Assembly: GCA_965243205.1 (NCBI GenBank)
Contig: CBDEUK010000002.1
Span: forward strand, 1,088,001-1,152,000
Reading direction: 5' to 3'
DNA length: 64,000 nucleotides
From: Gammaproteobacteria bacterium
GTDB taxonomy: Bacteria; Pseudomonadota; Gammaproteobacteria; Eutrophobiales; Eutrophobiaceae
Shown here: piece by piece, positions 53,103 through 63,758 of the stretch
Layout of the letters: each line of letters begins with the position of its first letter
Numbering within the stretch: the first letter of the stretch is position 1
Program-made: the position numbers and the translations under genes
Notes under the pieces: model-generated
Database searches by the model: none
What the model was told of the DNA's origin: nothing
The model's input: the letters and a program-made list of their open reading frames with translations, nothing else

Positions 53103-54818
53103 TTATTTATTTGATAATAAAATCAATATTATAACGAATAATAAAAACGATAAGCCTTGCCAAAATCGAACAGGATTACGCTGCATTAGTGGACGATTAT
53201 CTTTTACAGAAAACTCAGGATTGGGTTGTCGAAAATCATACAAAAACTCAGAAAGTTCGCCATAGCGTTTTTTAGGATCGGGATCGATAGCTTTCTTAAT
53301 TGTCATGTCAATCCAATGTGGAATATCAGGACGATGATCTTTAACTGAACGATACTGTAACTTTTTAACAAAACTATCCGTCTTCCAGTTATCAGGCATT
53401 TCTCCATACGGCAACTCACCCGATAACATCTCGTAAATAATCACTCCCAAAGAATAAATATCTGATCGGTTAGTCCCTGGTTGATCATTAACGTATTCAG
53501 GTGCTGTATAATTTTTGGTTCCTAATAAATTCTGTTGTGTAATCGGCGTTGTTATTTCTGAAATACCTGCAACTTTAGCCGAACCAAAATCTACAAGCTT
53601 CACAGTTCCTTTACCATCAAGCATGATATTTTCGGGTTTAAGATCTTGATGCAGCATTTCTAAACGATGAAACGCTTGCAAACCTTTTGCAATTTGTTCA
53701 ACCAATAAACGTATTTCTTCGATACTTGGTTTAGGATGATCATTCATCCATTGTTTAATGGTATTTCCTTCCAAATATTCACTGATATGATATAAAAAAC
53801 GTCGTCTACGAGTTGGTTCATACACTTTTACGACATGTGGATTAACAATACGTCTCCCTATCCATTCTTCACGAATAAAACGATCAATATAAGCAGGATC
53901 ATCTTCATAGTTAACTGACGGAGTTTTTATCGCAACTTTTAAACCTGTTTCAGTATCTATCGCCAAATATAACTGTGAACGGTTACTTGTATGTAACTCA
54001 CGGATAATTTTATAACCATCTAAATTCACACCTTCAGATAGTTCAGGTGGAAACGGCAACTCCGTTATTTGTTGATAGATGTCATCAGGATTTTGATTGG
54101 GTATTTGAGTAACTTCTAAAATAAGACACGTTAAATTATCAATACTGCCATTTTCCTTAGCTTGGTACACCATGACTTCAGCAGCTTTAGGTAAATTCGT
54201 TCGACTGTCTTGAATAATCTTAACTATTTCATCTTCTGATAAGTATTCATGTACACCGTCCGTCGTTAATAAATAAATATCATTCTGTTCAATGCTTTCT
54301 TTACTGTAATCAATTTGCAAATGAGTATCTGCACCCATTGCACGACTCAAATAACTTCTATCGTTTGCAACCCAAGTTTTATGATCCGTTGTTAATAATG
54401 TGAGATAACCTTGGCGCAAACGATAAATTCGACTGTCACCAATATGAATCACATGACAAGTTGTTGATTTTAATACAAGAGAACTAAACGTCGTGACCAA
54501 ACCACGGTGTTTTTGTCGTTCAACCTTACCTTGGTTATATAACCAATTGTTTAGTGCAGTTAAAACTTGTTGTGATGATTTTTTGACTGACCAGGTTTCT
54601 GGGGTACTAAAATAATCAGCTAAAAATCCATTGATACATGCATGACTGGCTACTTTGCTGTGATCACTAGTACTAATACCATCAGCAATCGCAACAGCAA
54701 CACCTTTCGTTTCGATTAAATTATCTTCTGGTTGAAAATAACCACAACAATCTTGATTACGTTCTTTAACACCTTTATCAGAAAATTCACCAACGGAGAT
54801 GGATAACTGTTTCGTCAT
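53103..54818 (-). CDS. Bifunctional PP2C phosphatase / Ser-Thr kinase with C-terminal TM helix
   Basis: RNQD, ADG, HIGDSR, TDG and DN (PP2C); AIK, HQDLKPEN, DFG and APE (kinase). Confidence 0.92.
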   Translation of the reverse strand: MTKQLSISVGEFSDKGVKERNQDCCGYFQPEDNLIETKGVAVAIADGISTSDHSKVASHACINGFLADYFSTPETWSVKKSSQQVLTALNNWLYNQGKVERQKHRGLVTTFSSLVLKSTTCHVIHIGDSRIYRLRQGYLTLLTTDHKTWVANDRSYLSRAMGADTHLQIDYSKESIEQNDIYLLTTDGVHEYLSEDEIVKIIQDSRTNLPKAAEVMVYQAKENGSIDNLTCLILEVTQIPNQNPDDIYQQITELPFPPELSEGVNLDGYKIIRELHTSNRSQLYLAIDTETGLKVAIKTPSVNYEDDPAYIDRFIREEWIGRRIVNPHVVKVYEPTRRRRFLYHISEYLEGNTIKQWMNDHPKPSIEEIRLLVEQIAKGLQAFHRLEMLHQDLKPENIMLDGKGTVKLVDFGSAKVAGISEITTPITQQNLLGTKNYTAPEYVNDQPGTNRSDIYSLGVIIYEMLSGELPYGEMPDNWKTDSFVKKLQYRSVKDHRPDIPHWIDMTIKKAIDPDPKKRYGELSEFLYDFRQPNPEFSVKDNRPLMQRNPVRFWQGLSFLLFVIILILLSNK

Positions 54819-54852
54819 AGCCTTTATCTTAGAATCGATATGATGAATAGTA

Positions 54853-54894
54853 AACAGAGTAACGGTTTATAACGAATATTACCGTTACTCTGTT
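54853..54894. other. 14-bp stem-loop between narK and the kinase/phosphatase gene
   Basis: AACAGAGTAACGGT-N14-ACCGTTACTCTGTT. Confidence 0.6.
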
Positions 54895-54912
54895 GTTTTA
54901 AGAGATAAAGTC

Positions 54913-56376
54913 TTAACTAACCTCGATCATTTGTACGCTACCATCTGGCATTACTTCAGCAATAGCACCTTCAGGCTCATCAAAGAAAAGAACTGCCACG
55001 AAAGTCAAAACAGCAGCACCTGCGATGGTCATAAAAAATATTTGCGGAGAAACAAATGATAATACGGTTAGAAAACACACTGCGCCAACATTTCCATAAG
55101 CACCAGTCATCCCAGCGATTTGTCCTGTTAAACGACGTTTGATTAATGGAACAATCGCAAACACGGCACCCTCACCTGCTTGAACGAAGAATGAACAACA
55201 CATCGTTACCAGTACTGCTAATAACAATGGCCAACCAGAGTTAATTTGACTCATAAGCAAATAACCAATTGATAAACCAAATAACGTAATCAATAAGGTT
55301 TTCTTACGACCAAATTTATCACTGATCCAACCACCACTAGGACGCGCCACTAAATTCATAAATGCAAAACCAGATGCCAACATACCGGCATGGACTTGGG
55401 AGATTTCAAACGTATCTAAGAAAAATAGCGGTAACATTGAAACAACGGCTAATTCAGAACCGAATGTCACTAAATAGGATAAATTTAAAATAGCGACTTG
55501 TTTAAATTTATATCGATGGATTTCTGGAACAGGTTCATTAAAGACATGTTCGTTTACTTTATAAATTTTAAAACATTGATAACAATAAATAGCTAATAAA
55601 GTACCGTAACAAATCATAGCAGTATTATCTGCAAGCAAACCCAGGGTATTTAATTTCCAAGTTAATGTTGCTAAAGCTGCATACAAAGGAATATTCATGA
55701 TTAAATAGAAAATAAAATCACCTTTACTAGTTACTTCAAGACCACCGGTTTTATTCGGTTTGAAATACGTAGAACCTTCAGGCGTATCAGTCACACTAAA
55801 GAAATAGATGAATGAATAAATAAAGATCATTACGCCTGTTGTTCCAATTGCATAACGCCAACCTTCATCGCCACCATACCAAAGGGCTACGGTTGGTAAT
55901 GTCAAAGCGGCAGCGGCTGAACCGAAGTTACCCCAGCCACCATAAATCCCTTCAGCCAAACCCACTTGTTTTGCGGGAAACCATTCACTGATCATTCGTA
56001 TACCAATAACAAAACCAGCGCCAACAAAGCCTAATAAGAAACGAGCGATGACTAATGTTTCAAAACTATCGGCTAAGGCAAAAAACAAACAGATAAAACT
56101 GGATATAAATAAAAGAAATGAATACACCTTACGTGGACCAAAACTATCCACTAGCATCCCTATGATAATGCGAGCAGGAATGGTTAAAGCTACGTTCAAG
56201 ATTAATAAGATCTTAACTTGTTGATCGGTTAAACCGAATGTTTCTCGAATTGCTGCCATTAGTGGTGCATGGTTAAACCACACCACGAAGGTTAGGAAAA
56301 ATGCAAACCAGGTGAGATGTAAAATTCTGGTGCGCCCTCTAAAGGACAAAAGATTAATTGCTGATTGGCTACCCAT
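54913..56376 (-). CDS. narK: NarK-family nitrate/nitrite MFS transporter
   Basis: [10 protein letters not shown] and [11 protein letters not shown] nitrate signatures, [16 protein letters not shown]. Confidence 0.93.
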   Translation of the reverse strand: MGSQSAINLLSFRGRTRILHLTWFAFFLTFVVWFNHAPLMAAIRETFGLTDQQVKILLILNVALTIPARIIIGMLVDSFGPRKVYSFLLFISSFICLFFALADSFETLVIARFLLGFVGAGFVIGIRMISEWFPAKQVGLAEGIYGGWGNFGSAAAALTLPTVALWYGGDEGWRYAIGTTGVMIFIYSFIYFFSVTDTPEGSTYFKPNKTGGLEVTSKGDFIFYLIMNIPLYAALATLTWKLNTLGLLADNTAMICYGTLLAIYCYQCFKIYKVNEHVFNEPVPEIHRYKFKQVAILNLSYLVTFGSELAVVSMLPLFFLDTFEISQVHAGMLASGFAFMNLVARPSGGWISDKFGRKKTLLITLFGLSIGYLLMSQINSGWPLLLAVLVTMCCSFFVQAGEGAVFAIVPLIKRRLTGQIAGMTGAYGNVGAVCFLTVLSFVSPQIFFMTIAGAAVLTFVAVLFFDEPEGAIAEVMPDGSVQMIEVS

Positions 56377-56418
56377 GGGTAATTGCTCCGTATTGATATA
56401 AAATTTGCACCAAAGATA

Positions 56419-56506
56419 GCAATCCGCTTGCCAGCAAATTCAAATCATAGATAAGCTATTGAATAACCGAATGTTTTTTATGAAATTATTGCTCTTATTT
56501 TGAGCA
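56419..56506 (-). promoter_or_regulatory. Sigma54 promoter of narK with NtrC-like site
   Basis: TGGCAA-GCGGA-TTGC (56433-56419); TGCTCTTATTTTGAGCA (56490-56506). Confidence 0.78.
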
Positions 56507-56586
56507 TAAGACTGAATCAAAATGGATCATTAAAAAGCAAAAAACATTCTTATGCTTCATAATGATCCATATTTTATTAATAATGT

Positions 56587-57432
56587 TTAAGCTGCTTTCG
56601 TATCGTCTTTTTTATCGTCGTTCTCAGTTTTAGCCTTTGGAATACTTTCTATTTTCCGCTGCTTTTCATACAAGAACTTCAAGACCTCTGAACGTAGATG
56701 CGTATATTCAGGATCTTCTACCAAGGCTAAACGATCTCGAGGACGCTCTAAACCAATATCCAAGATTTCACCTATGCCAGCTGCAGGACCATTTGTCATC
56801 ATAACAATACGATCAGAAAGTAATACAGCTTCATCCACATCATGCGTAATCATAATAACTGTATTATTCAATTCATTTTGAATTTCCATTAATGAATCTT
56901 GCATGTGTGTACGAGTTAAAGCATCCAAAGCACCAAACGGTTCATCCATTAATAAAATATCAGGTTGCATCGATAACGCGCGAGCAATACCAACGCGTTG
57001 TTTCATCCCACCTGAAATTTCATCTGGACGTTTATGCATGGCATGATCCATATGCACAAGCTTAAGGTTATGTTCAATCCATTCTTTCATCTCAGCTTTG
57101 CTCTTTTCACCTTTGAAAACTGCTTTTACAGCAAGCTCAACATTTTCATAAGCTGTTAACCAAGGTAGTAAAGAATGATTTTGGAAAACTACGGCACGTT
57201 CAGGTCCTGGTTCTGTCACTTCTTTACCATGTAAAACAATTCCACCAGTCGTTGCTTGATAAAGCCCAGCAACAATGTTTAACACGGTAGACTTACCACA
57301 ACCAGAGTGGCCGATGAGTGAAACAAATTCACCTTTGTTGATCTTAAGACTAATATTCTTCAAAGCCGTGAACGGGCCTTGTGGTGTTGGAAATACCATA
57401 TCAATATTATCAATGTTTAGTATTGGATCCAT
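56587..57432 (-). CDS. nrtD: Nitrate ABC transporter ATP-binding subunit
   Basis: GHSGCGKST, VFQNHSLLPW, ISGGMKQR, DEPFGALD. Confidence 0.92.
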   Translation of the reverse strand: MDPILNIDNIDMVFPTPQGPFTALKNISLKINKGEFVSLIGHSGCGKSTVLNIVAGLYQATTGGIVLHGKEVTEPGPERAVVFQNHSLLPWLTAYENVELAVKAVFKGEKSKAEMKEWIEHNLKLVHMDHAMHKRPDEISGGMKQRVGIARALSMQPDILLMDEPFGALDALTRTHMQDSLMEIQNELNNTVIMITHDVDEAVLLSDRIVMMTNGPAAGIGEILDIGLERPRDRLALVEDPEYTHLRSEVLKFLYEKQRKIESIPKAKTENDDKKDDTKAA

Positions 57433-57478
57433 AATTAAAATTCTCTTTAATATAATTTTTTAACATCAGTAAAAGTTA

Positions 57479-58477
57479 TTATCTTGCAGCCGACGATTTG
57501 TCCCATGAGACATATCGTTGTATCGCAAGCATTCCACGGTCTAAAAGAAATCCAATAAAACCGATCACGATAATAGCGGCCATGATACGGCTTAATGAAT
57601 TAGAACTTCCATTTTGAAATTCATCCCATACAAATTTTCCAAGTCCAGGATTTTGTGCCAACATTTCAGCGGCAATTAACACCATCCATGCAATACCTAA
57701 CGACAAACGCATGCCAGTAAAAATCATCGGTATGGATGCGGGTAAAACAATTTTTTGAATATGTTTTAATGAAGCCAGTCTTAACACACGACTAACGTTT
57801 ACAAGATCTTTATCAATTGATGCAACACCCACTGAAGTATTAATCAACATCGGCCACATACAACATAAGGTTACTGTTAATAAAGAGTTAATAAAGGATT
57901 TTGGTACAACGGGATCAGGTGTTGCGTATAAGGCACTCACAACCATTGTCACTAATGGCAACCATGCTAAAGGTGATACTGGTTTAAATATCTGTACGAT
58001 AGGATTTATTGCTGTATTTAAAGTTTTACTTAAACCAACAGCAATACCCGTTGGAATAGCAATTAAAGCGGCTAAGAAAAAACCACTCATGACAGTAATT
58101 AAACTCGTTACAATTTGATCCCAAAATGTTTCCTTACCTGTGTAGGGACGTTTCTTAACAACGTAATCTGGGTTCTTAGCTAATTTTTTAGCGTTACGTT
58201 TTTCTTGACGTTCATAAAATGCCGCTTCTTTCTCACGTTCTGTTTTATGTTCTTGATATAAAGCTTGGAACTGTTGAACTACAGCACTAGGACCAGGGAA
58301 TTTCCCTAATGAAGTATTAATTTGATTTGCTACACCCGCCCAAACTAATAGAAAAACCGCAATGCCCACTAAGGGCAAAGCGATTGTTTCAACAAGCTTT
58401 GAGATCAAAGCTTTTACTTGGGGGGAAAACTCTATAGCGGTTCCTTTATTTAAGTATGTTGTTGTTTCAGAACTCAT
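57479..58477 (-). CDS. nrtB: Nitrate ABC transporter permease
   Basis: KPVSPLAWLP, GMRLSLGIAWMVLIAAEML. Confidence 0.92.
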   Translation of the reverse strand: MSSETTTYLNKGTAIEFSPQVKALISKLVETIALPLVGIAVFLLVWAGVANQINTSLGKFPGPSAVVQQFQALYQEHKTEREKEAAFYERQEKRNAKKLAKNPDYVVKKRPYTGKETFWDQIVTSLITVMSGFFLAALIAIPTGIAVGLSKTLNTAINPIVQIFKPVSPLAWLPLVTMVVSALYATPDPVVPKSFINSLLTVTLCCMWPMLINTSVGVASIDKDLVNVSRVLRLASLKHIQKIVLPASIPMIFTGMRLSLGIAWMVLIAAEMLAQNPGLGKFVWDEFQNGSSNSLSRIMAAIIVIGFIGFLLDRGMLAIQRYVSWDKSSAAR

Positions 58478-58505
58478 ATGTTTTTTCCTATTAGTTGTTT
58501 CCTAT

Positions 58506-58545
58506 AAAAAGAGCAGGGGTAAGCTTAAAGCTTATCCCCTTGCTT
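58506..58545 (-). terminator. Stem-loop / partial terminator after the binding-protein gene
   Basis: AAGCAAGGGGATAAGC-TTTAA-GCTTACCCCTGCTC-TTTTT, overlapping the nrtA stop. Confidence 0.6.
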
Positions 58546-59895
58546 AAGACCAATAGGAAACTTATTAATATAATCATTTGGTTTTGAACCATCGAAAGCA
58601 ATTCCATCAATGAATTCAGTTTGCTCAGGCTTGAAACCAGTTTCAGTTGCAAAATCAGGGAAGTCTTCTGCTTTTGCTAAACCTTCTTCAATAAGTGATT
58701 TTGCAGCAGTGGTATAAATGTCAGGACGATAAACTTTTGCCGCCATGTCTTTGTACCAATCATCAGATTTATCTTCTTCGATTTGGCCCCAACGACGCAT
58801 TTGCGTTAAATACCAAATCGCATCTGAATAATATGGATAAGTCGCGTTGTAACGGAAGAACACGTTAAAATCAGGTACTTCACGTTTATCACCTTTTTCA
58901 TATTCGAAGGTACCAGTCATTGAGTTAGCAATTACATCGTAGTCTGCACCTACATAATTTGATTGCGATAAGATTTTTACTGCAGCAGGACGGTTCGCAT
59001 TATCATTTTCATCCAACCACATCGCAGCACGAATTAAGGCACGTACTAAACGAACAGTTGTATTAGGATATTTCTCTGCGAATTCTTTAGTGATACCAAA
59101 TACTTTTTCTGGGTTATCTTTCCAGATCTCATAATCAGTTATCACAGGAACACCAATGCCTTTGAATACCGCTTGTTGGTTCCAAGGCTCACCAACACAA
59201 TAACCATAAATTGTTCCCGCTTCTAACGTTGCAGGCATCTGTGGAGGAGGTGTTACTGAAAGCAACGCATCGGCATCGATTTGACCTGAGATATCACCTT
59301 TGTGTGGTGCATAGTAACCAGGATGAATACCACCAGCCGCTAACCAATAACGTAATTCATAGTTATGAGTTGATACTGGGAATACCATACCCATGTTGAA
59401 AGGCTTACCTTCTTCTTTGTATTTTTCAACAACAGGTTTTAAATAATCAGCTTTGATAGGATGAACCGGTTTACCATCATCCATTTTTGGAATATTGCCT
59501 TTCATTTGTTCCCAAATGTCATTTGAAACAGTAATACCATTACCATTTAAATCCATTGAGAAAGGAGTAATGATGTGCGCTTTTGTACCAAAACCCATGG
59601 TTGCGGCAATTGGCTGACCAGCTAACATATGAGCGCCATCTAGTTGGCCATCAATCACGCCATCTAATAACACTTTCCAGTTAGCTTGCGCTTCAATCGT
59701 TACATAAAGACCTTCGTCTTCGAAATAACCGTTTTCGTAGGCTATGGCTATTGGTGCCATATCGGTTAATTTAATAAAACCGAATTTTAAATCTTCTTTT
59801 TCTGGCTCACCAAGTTCTGCTGAGCTGTTAAAAGAAATAGACAAAATAGTAAAAAATAACAGTCCATTTGTTAGCTTATTCAATATGGATTTCAT
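58525..59895 (-). CDS. nrtA: Nitrate ABC transporter substrate-binding protein (NrtA/CmpA family)
   Basis: Signal peptide, [33 protein letters not shown]. Confidence 0.93.
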   Translation of the reverse strand: MKSILNKLTNGLLFFTILSISFNSSAELGEPEKEDLKFGFIKLTDMAPIAIAYENGYFEDEGLYVTIEAQANWKVLLDGVIDGQLDGAHMLAGQPIAATMGFGTKAHIITPFSMDLNGNGITVSNDIWEQMKGNIPKMDDGKPVHPIKADYLKPVVEKYKEEGKPFNMGMVFPVSTHNYELRYWLAAGGIHPGYYAPHKGDISGQIDADALLSVTPPPQMPATLEAGTIYGYCVGEPWNQQAVFKGIGVPVITDYEIWKDNPEKVFGITKEFAEKYPNTTVRLVRALIRAAMWLDENDNANRPAAVKILSQSNYVGADYDVIANSMTGTFEYEKGDKREVPDFNVFFRYNATYPYYSDAIWYLTQMRRWGQIEEDKSDDWYKDMAAKVYRPDIYTTAAKSLIEEGLAKAEDFPDFATETGFKPEQTEFIDGIAFDGSKPNDYINKFPIGLKQGDKL

Positions 59896-59938
59896 TGTTG
59901 TTACATCTCCAGGTTAAAAAAAGTTTTAAAAATTATTT

Positions 59939-60016
59939 AAAAAAAAACGCCCAACACCAATCAACCTATATTGATGCTGGACGCCTTTGTCCTAAATTAT
60001 GTATAACGACTTTGTT
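59939..60016 (-). promoter_or_regulatory. ANTAR (NasT) antitermination leader of nrtABD
   Basis: Two A1/G4 hexaloop hairpins, AAC-AAAGTC-GTT and GAC-AAAGGC-GTC. The second overlaps a terminator GGCGTCCAGCATCAAT...ATTGGTGTTGGGCG-T9. Confidence 0.85.
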
Positions 60017-60065
60017 ACACATAACGAGTAATTAATTTAATTTTTTAATTAATACTTGCTGTATT

Positions 60066-60201
60066 GCAACAGGCTTGCCAACTTCTTAAGCTGTTGTTAT
60101 TAAAGGAGTATTTAAGATTTTAAGTATAAGGTAAGAAATTTTTAGAAAATTTACGCTCTAGAATGATTCAGTTTTTTTAAGTTCCGCTCAATAATGGAGC
60201 A
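60066..60201 (-). promoter_or_regulatory. Sigma54 promoter of nrtA with NtrC-like sites
   Basis: TGGCAA-GCCTG-TTGC (60080-60066); CGCTCAATAATGGAGCA (60185-60201). Confidence 0.8.
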
Positions 60202-60210
60202 ACAATAAAT

Positions 60211-61515
60211 TTAAGAATTCTTTTTAGCTAAAGCATCCATATCAACTTGATTTGAATGGGTTTCAAAAGAATTGATGTAAGTAATGATGTCATCAATTGA
60301 AAAGATTCTGCCATCAATAAAATGATCCGCACCTAACTCAAAACTTTTTCCATTTTCATTAAATTGCCAAGTTGTAGCGTGTTCACCTTCTGTTTTGTAA
60401 TTTGATTGAGGGTAATCTAAACCAAGTTGCATAGCAGCCTCACGAAAAATATCAGGACGATAGATACTTTCAGCAACTTGTTTAATATTTAGAGGTTTCT
60501 GAAGTTGTCCCCAGCGATACATCTGCGATATAACCCAAGCAGCATCAGAACACCATGGATAATTAGCCAAATATCGATGAAACACATTAAAGTCTGTTAT
60601 TTCTTTTCCACCAACTCCAGGAGTCTGTTCATTGAATTTACCCGTTAAAGACTGCTTTATAATATCCTTTGAAATACCAATGTATTTTTCATCTGCTAAT
60701 AATTCAGCAACTTCTTCTCTGTTTTCCGTTTTATCTGCCCACATCGCTGCCTGAAGTAACGATTTAATAACCGCGAGGTGTGTAAGAGGATATTTCTCTG
60801 CCCATTCTTGTGTAACACCAAAAACTTTTTCAGGCGAATTATTCCAAACGTCATAACCAGCAATAATTATTTTCCCAACGCCTTCACTAACAGCATTACT
60901 GTTCCAAGGTTCACCGACACAGTAACCATCAATTTGTTGATCTTTTAAATTACTGACCATGTATTGAGGAGGAATAGGTCTTATTTCAACATCTGTATCT
61001 GGGTTGATACCCGCAGAACCCAACCAATAACGTAATTCATAATTATGATTTGAATAAGGATACACCATTGCAAAAGTTAACAATGGTTTACCATCGTTTT
61101 TATTCTTATCAATTAATTGTTTTAATGCTGGCGCTGTATTTTTAGGCTTTTTTGTAATCGTTGGATCAATATTGATTAATTGTTCGTAAAGCTTATTAGA
61201 AACTGTAATGGCATTACCATTTAAATCCATACTAAAACTGGCAAGCATATTTTTTTTCGTGTTATTCAAACCCAAAGTCATTGCTAATGGCATACCAGAT
61301 AACATTTGTGCGCCATCCAAAGCTCCTACAGATACTTTGTCACGGATATTTGCCCACGATGCTTCTTTAGATAATTCAACATTATTTAAACCTTGTTCAA
61401 TGAAGAATCCTTTTTCTTTTGCTATCACAAGAGCGTAACAATCAGTCAATGGAACAAAGCCCAAAGTGAGCTCGGTCTTCTCCGGTAAAATGTCATTACA
61501 AATATCAGTGCTCAT
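60211..61515 (-). CDS. nasS: Cytoplasmic nitrate sensor NasS (NrtA-like)
   Basis: NrtA-type fold with no signal peptide (LGFVPLTDC, SWANIRDK, CVGEPWN); follows the ANTAR gene. Confidence 0.9.
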   Translation of the reverse strand: MSTDICNDILPEKTELTLGFVPLTDCYALVIAKEKGFFIEQGLNNVELSKEASWANIRDKVSVGALDGAQMLSGMPLAMTLGLNNTKKNMLASFSMDLNGNAITVSNKLYEQLINIDPTITKKPKNTAPALKQLIDKNKNDGKPLLTFAMVYPYSNHNYELRYWLGSAGINPDTDVEIRPIPPQYMVSNLKDQQIDGYCVGEPWNSNAVSEGVGKIIIAGYDVWNNSPEKVFGVTQEWAEKYPLTHLAVIKSLLQAAMWADKTENREEVAELLADEKYIGISKDIIKQSLTGKFNEQTPGVGGKEITDFNVFHRYLANYPWCSDAAWVISQMYRWGQLQKPLNIKQVAESIYRPDIFREAAMQLGLDYPQSNYKTEGEHATTWQFNENGKSFELGADHFIDGRIFSIDDIITYINSFETHSNQVDMDALAKKNS

Positions 61516-61525
61516 TTTTTTAACC

Positions 61526-62122
61526 TTATTTATTTAATAGCTCTGCAGCGGCGATAATACTTTTCGCTAAATCTATCTGTTTCATGTTTCTGCTCATCGC
61601 TATTTTTTGCATTGCTTTGTGTGCTTCTGGTTCAGAATAATTTGATTGTTTCATCAATATAGATTTCGCTCTGGCTATTAGCTTTCTTTCTTCTAATGTG
61701 TTTTTTGCTTTTTCTAGTTCAGTTTTAATTGTTTGATAATCATTAAAACGAGCTATCGCTGTTTCTAAAATCGGCATGACTCTATTAGGTTGCATACCAT
61801 CAACGATATAAGCCGTTACTCCGGCTTTAACTGCTTTATTAATAGTTTCGGAATCATCATCATTGGTAAACATAACAACAGGCAGTGGGGTATCATTGTT
61901 GATGTTACGCATTTGTTCTAACGTATCACGATCAGGAGAGTCCATATCAACAATAATGACATCGGGCAGGTAACGATTGACTAATTGATGAAGGTCATCA
62001 CCCTTAGTTGCTTTACCAACAATAGAATGACCAAGGTTTTTCAATAATTTTTCCATCGCAAGCAAACGCTCTGGTTGCTCATCGATCAACATAATATTGA
62101 GTTGTTTAGATTCCTTGACCAT
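61526..62122 (-). CDS. nasT: ANTAR-domain antiterminator NasT
   Basis: Receiver-like domain (SPDRDTLEQ, AGVTAYIVDG) plus ANTAR domain (RKLIARAKSILM...EPEAHKAMQKIAM). Confidence 0.92.
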   Translation of the reverse strand: MVKESKQLNIMLIDEQPERLLAMEKLLKNLGHSIVGKATKGDDLHQLVNRYLPDVIIVDMDSPDRDTLEQMRNINNDTPLPVVMFTNDDDSETINKAVKAGVTAYIVDGMQPNRVMPILETAIARFNDYQTIKTELEKAKNTLEERKLIARAKSILMKQSNYSEPEAHKAMQKIAMSRNMKQIDLAKSIIAAAELLNK

Positions 62123-62212
62123 ATGAATTAGGAGTTGATGTTAAACACTAATAAAATAAAACAATAATATGTGTGGTTATTAACCACAGTAAAAATATAT
62201 CTATCAATATTG

Positions 62213-62245
62213 AAAAACTCCCTTGCTTATGAAGCAAGAGAGTTT
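62213..62245 (-). terminator. Rho-independent terminator after the porin gene
   Basis: AAACTCTCTTGCTT-CAT-AAGCAAGGGAG-TTTTT on the minus strand. Confidence 0.75.
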
Positions 62246-62276
62246 GTCAATTTATACAATCGTATAGTTTTTAAAT

Positions 62277-63590
62277 TTAGAACTTCAATGAGAAATAAGC
62301 CCAGAACTTAGTTAAGTCTGTTGATCTAGGATTACCATTAGTTCCATCACCATCACCAGAGTAATCGGCATATTTCAAACCAAGGGTGTATTTCTTATTC
62401 CAAGTCTTGGTAAACCAAACATCAAATTCATCACCATACTCATCAAAACCAGTATCGTTTTCTGGATCTAACATATGATAAGACAAGATAAGTTTGGTGT
62501 CATAAGCACCCGTTGCTACGACAGTGAAGTATGTATCTTCAATACCAGTACCAGGAGTAGCAAGGAAATTATCAGCCCAACCTTGATAAGCGTGGTTAGT
62601 ACCCATCGGCGTTCTAAAAGCAATACCCGCATCTTCGTCAGCTTCAAGTACTTCATAACTCACTTTTGCAAGTAAAGACTTTACGAAAGAATCTTTGAAT
62701 CCAAATTTGAAACCACCTTCTGCTAAATAATAATTAGCATCATAGTCTGTAGGCGCATCGTCACTCTCACTTTGAGTAGCAAATTCACCAGCGTAGACCG
62801 CTTTTGCAAATTCAGTAACAGGTACTGCACCATTAACACGAAAACCAGCCGTTGTTGTACCTAACTGTCTACCATCAACCGCAAAAGGATCATTAGTGAA
62901 GTTAAGATCATAATAGTAACCTTCTAACTTAGCGTATTTTAGACCACTGTATTGAACATTAAAGATTGGTGATTCTTGATCACGATCTTGGCCGTTAATA
63001 AAGTTATTGTTCCAAATATAACCTGCCAATATTTTGGTATCAGGCAAAGATGTATTAGTGATTGTAATCGCATCTTGTGTTTGCCAATTTTGACGCCATA
63101 GAATCGTACCTAAAAAACGGTGAAAAGGTGCTTTACGTGGTGTGATGATCTGACGACCAACTTTAATTTCAGTGTTAGGAAAAGGTTTGAACGCAGCATA
63201 TGCTTGGTTCACTTCAGTACCTTCCGGATCAATAATTGCTGGAAAGCCTGTAGCACCACCAGCACCTGAACCACCATTTGGACCATCAAAATATTCATCA
63301 TCGTCAAGTAACGCAGTCACATTTTCAAATTCAACGAAGAAATGCGTTTTATAAAATTCAGCAGATTTATAATGTAAAGTAAAACGACCAGTTAATGCTT
63401 CCGCTTCGTTATCAATTAAATTTGGTCTCTCATCTTCTACATTTTCATATCGGATATTGACGCTACCACCAAATGTACCAGCTTTTAACGCATCAACTAG
63501 GTCATCAGCAAAAACTCCCCCACTCGAAAACATTGTTGTAAGCAATACTGCTTTACTCACTAACGTTGTTTTATACAAATAATTTTTCAC
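62277..63590 (-). CDS. Alginate-export (AlgE)-family outer membrane porin in the nitrate cluster
   Basis: Signal peptide, RYENV, DPEGTEVNQAY, GRQ, WRQNWQTQD, FRTPMGTNHAYQGWADNF, terminal F. Confidence 0.85.
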   Translation of the reverse strand: MKNYLYKTTLVSKAVLLTTMFSSGGVFADDLVDALKAGTFGGSVNIRYENVEDERPNLIDNEAEALTGRFTLHYKSAEFYKTHFFVEFENVTALLDDDEYFDGPNGGSGAGGATGFPAIIDPEGTEVNQAYAAFKPFPNTEIKVGRQIITPRKAPFHRFLGTILWRQNWQTQDAITITNTSLPDTKILAGYIWNNNFINGQDRDQESPIFNVQYSGLKYAKLEGYYYDLNFTNDPFAVDGRQLGTTTAGFRVNGAVPVTEFAKAVYAGEFATQSESDDAPTDYDANYYLAEGGFKFGFKDSFVKSLLAKVSYEVLEADEDAGIAFRTPMGTNHAYQGWADNFLATPGTGIEDTYFTVVATGAYDTKLILSYHMLDPENDTGFDEYGDEFDVWFTKTWNKKYTLGLKYADYSGDGDGTNGNPRSTDLTKFWAYFSLKF

Positions 63591-63643
63591 AATATATTCT
63601 CCAATCTTAAGTATGTTTTAATTGTGTTGAAAAAAATTAAATC

Positions 63644-63744
63644 AAAAAAAAACCTCTCCAAGACACTCTATGATTGAGCATCATGAACAGGCTTCTTTAC
63701 CCAATTTTGATAATCTTTAAATTTGACTACGCCATTGCAATCAA
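63644..63744 (-). promoter_or_regulatory. ANTAR (NasT) antitermination leader of the porin gene
   Basis: Hexaloop hairpins TTGATTGC-AATGGC-GTAGTCAA and GGT-AAAGAA-GCC. The second overlaps a long imperfect terminator ending GAGAGG-T9. Confidence 0.75.
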
Positions 63745-63758
63745 TTGTTGGTAATGGA

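Noticed and set aside
60211-61515. Second nitrate-binding transporter subunit
   Set aside because: No signal peptide and coupled to the ANTAR gene, so it is better explained as the sensor NasS.
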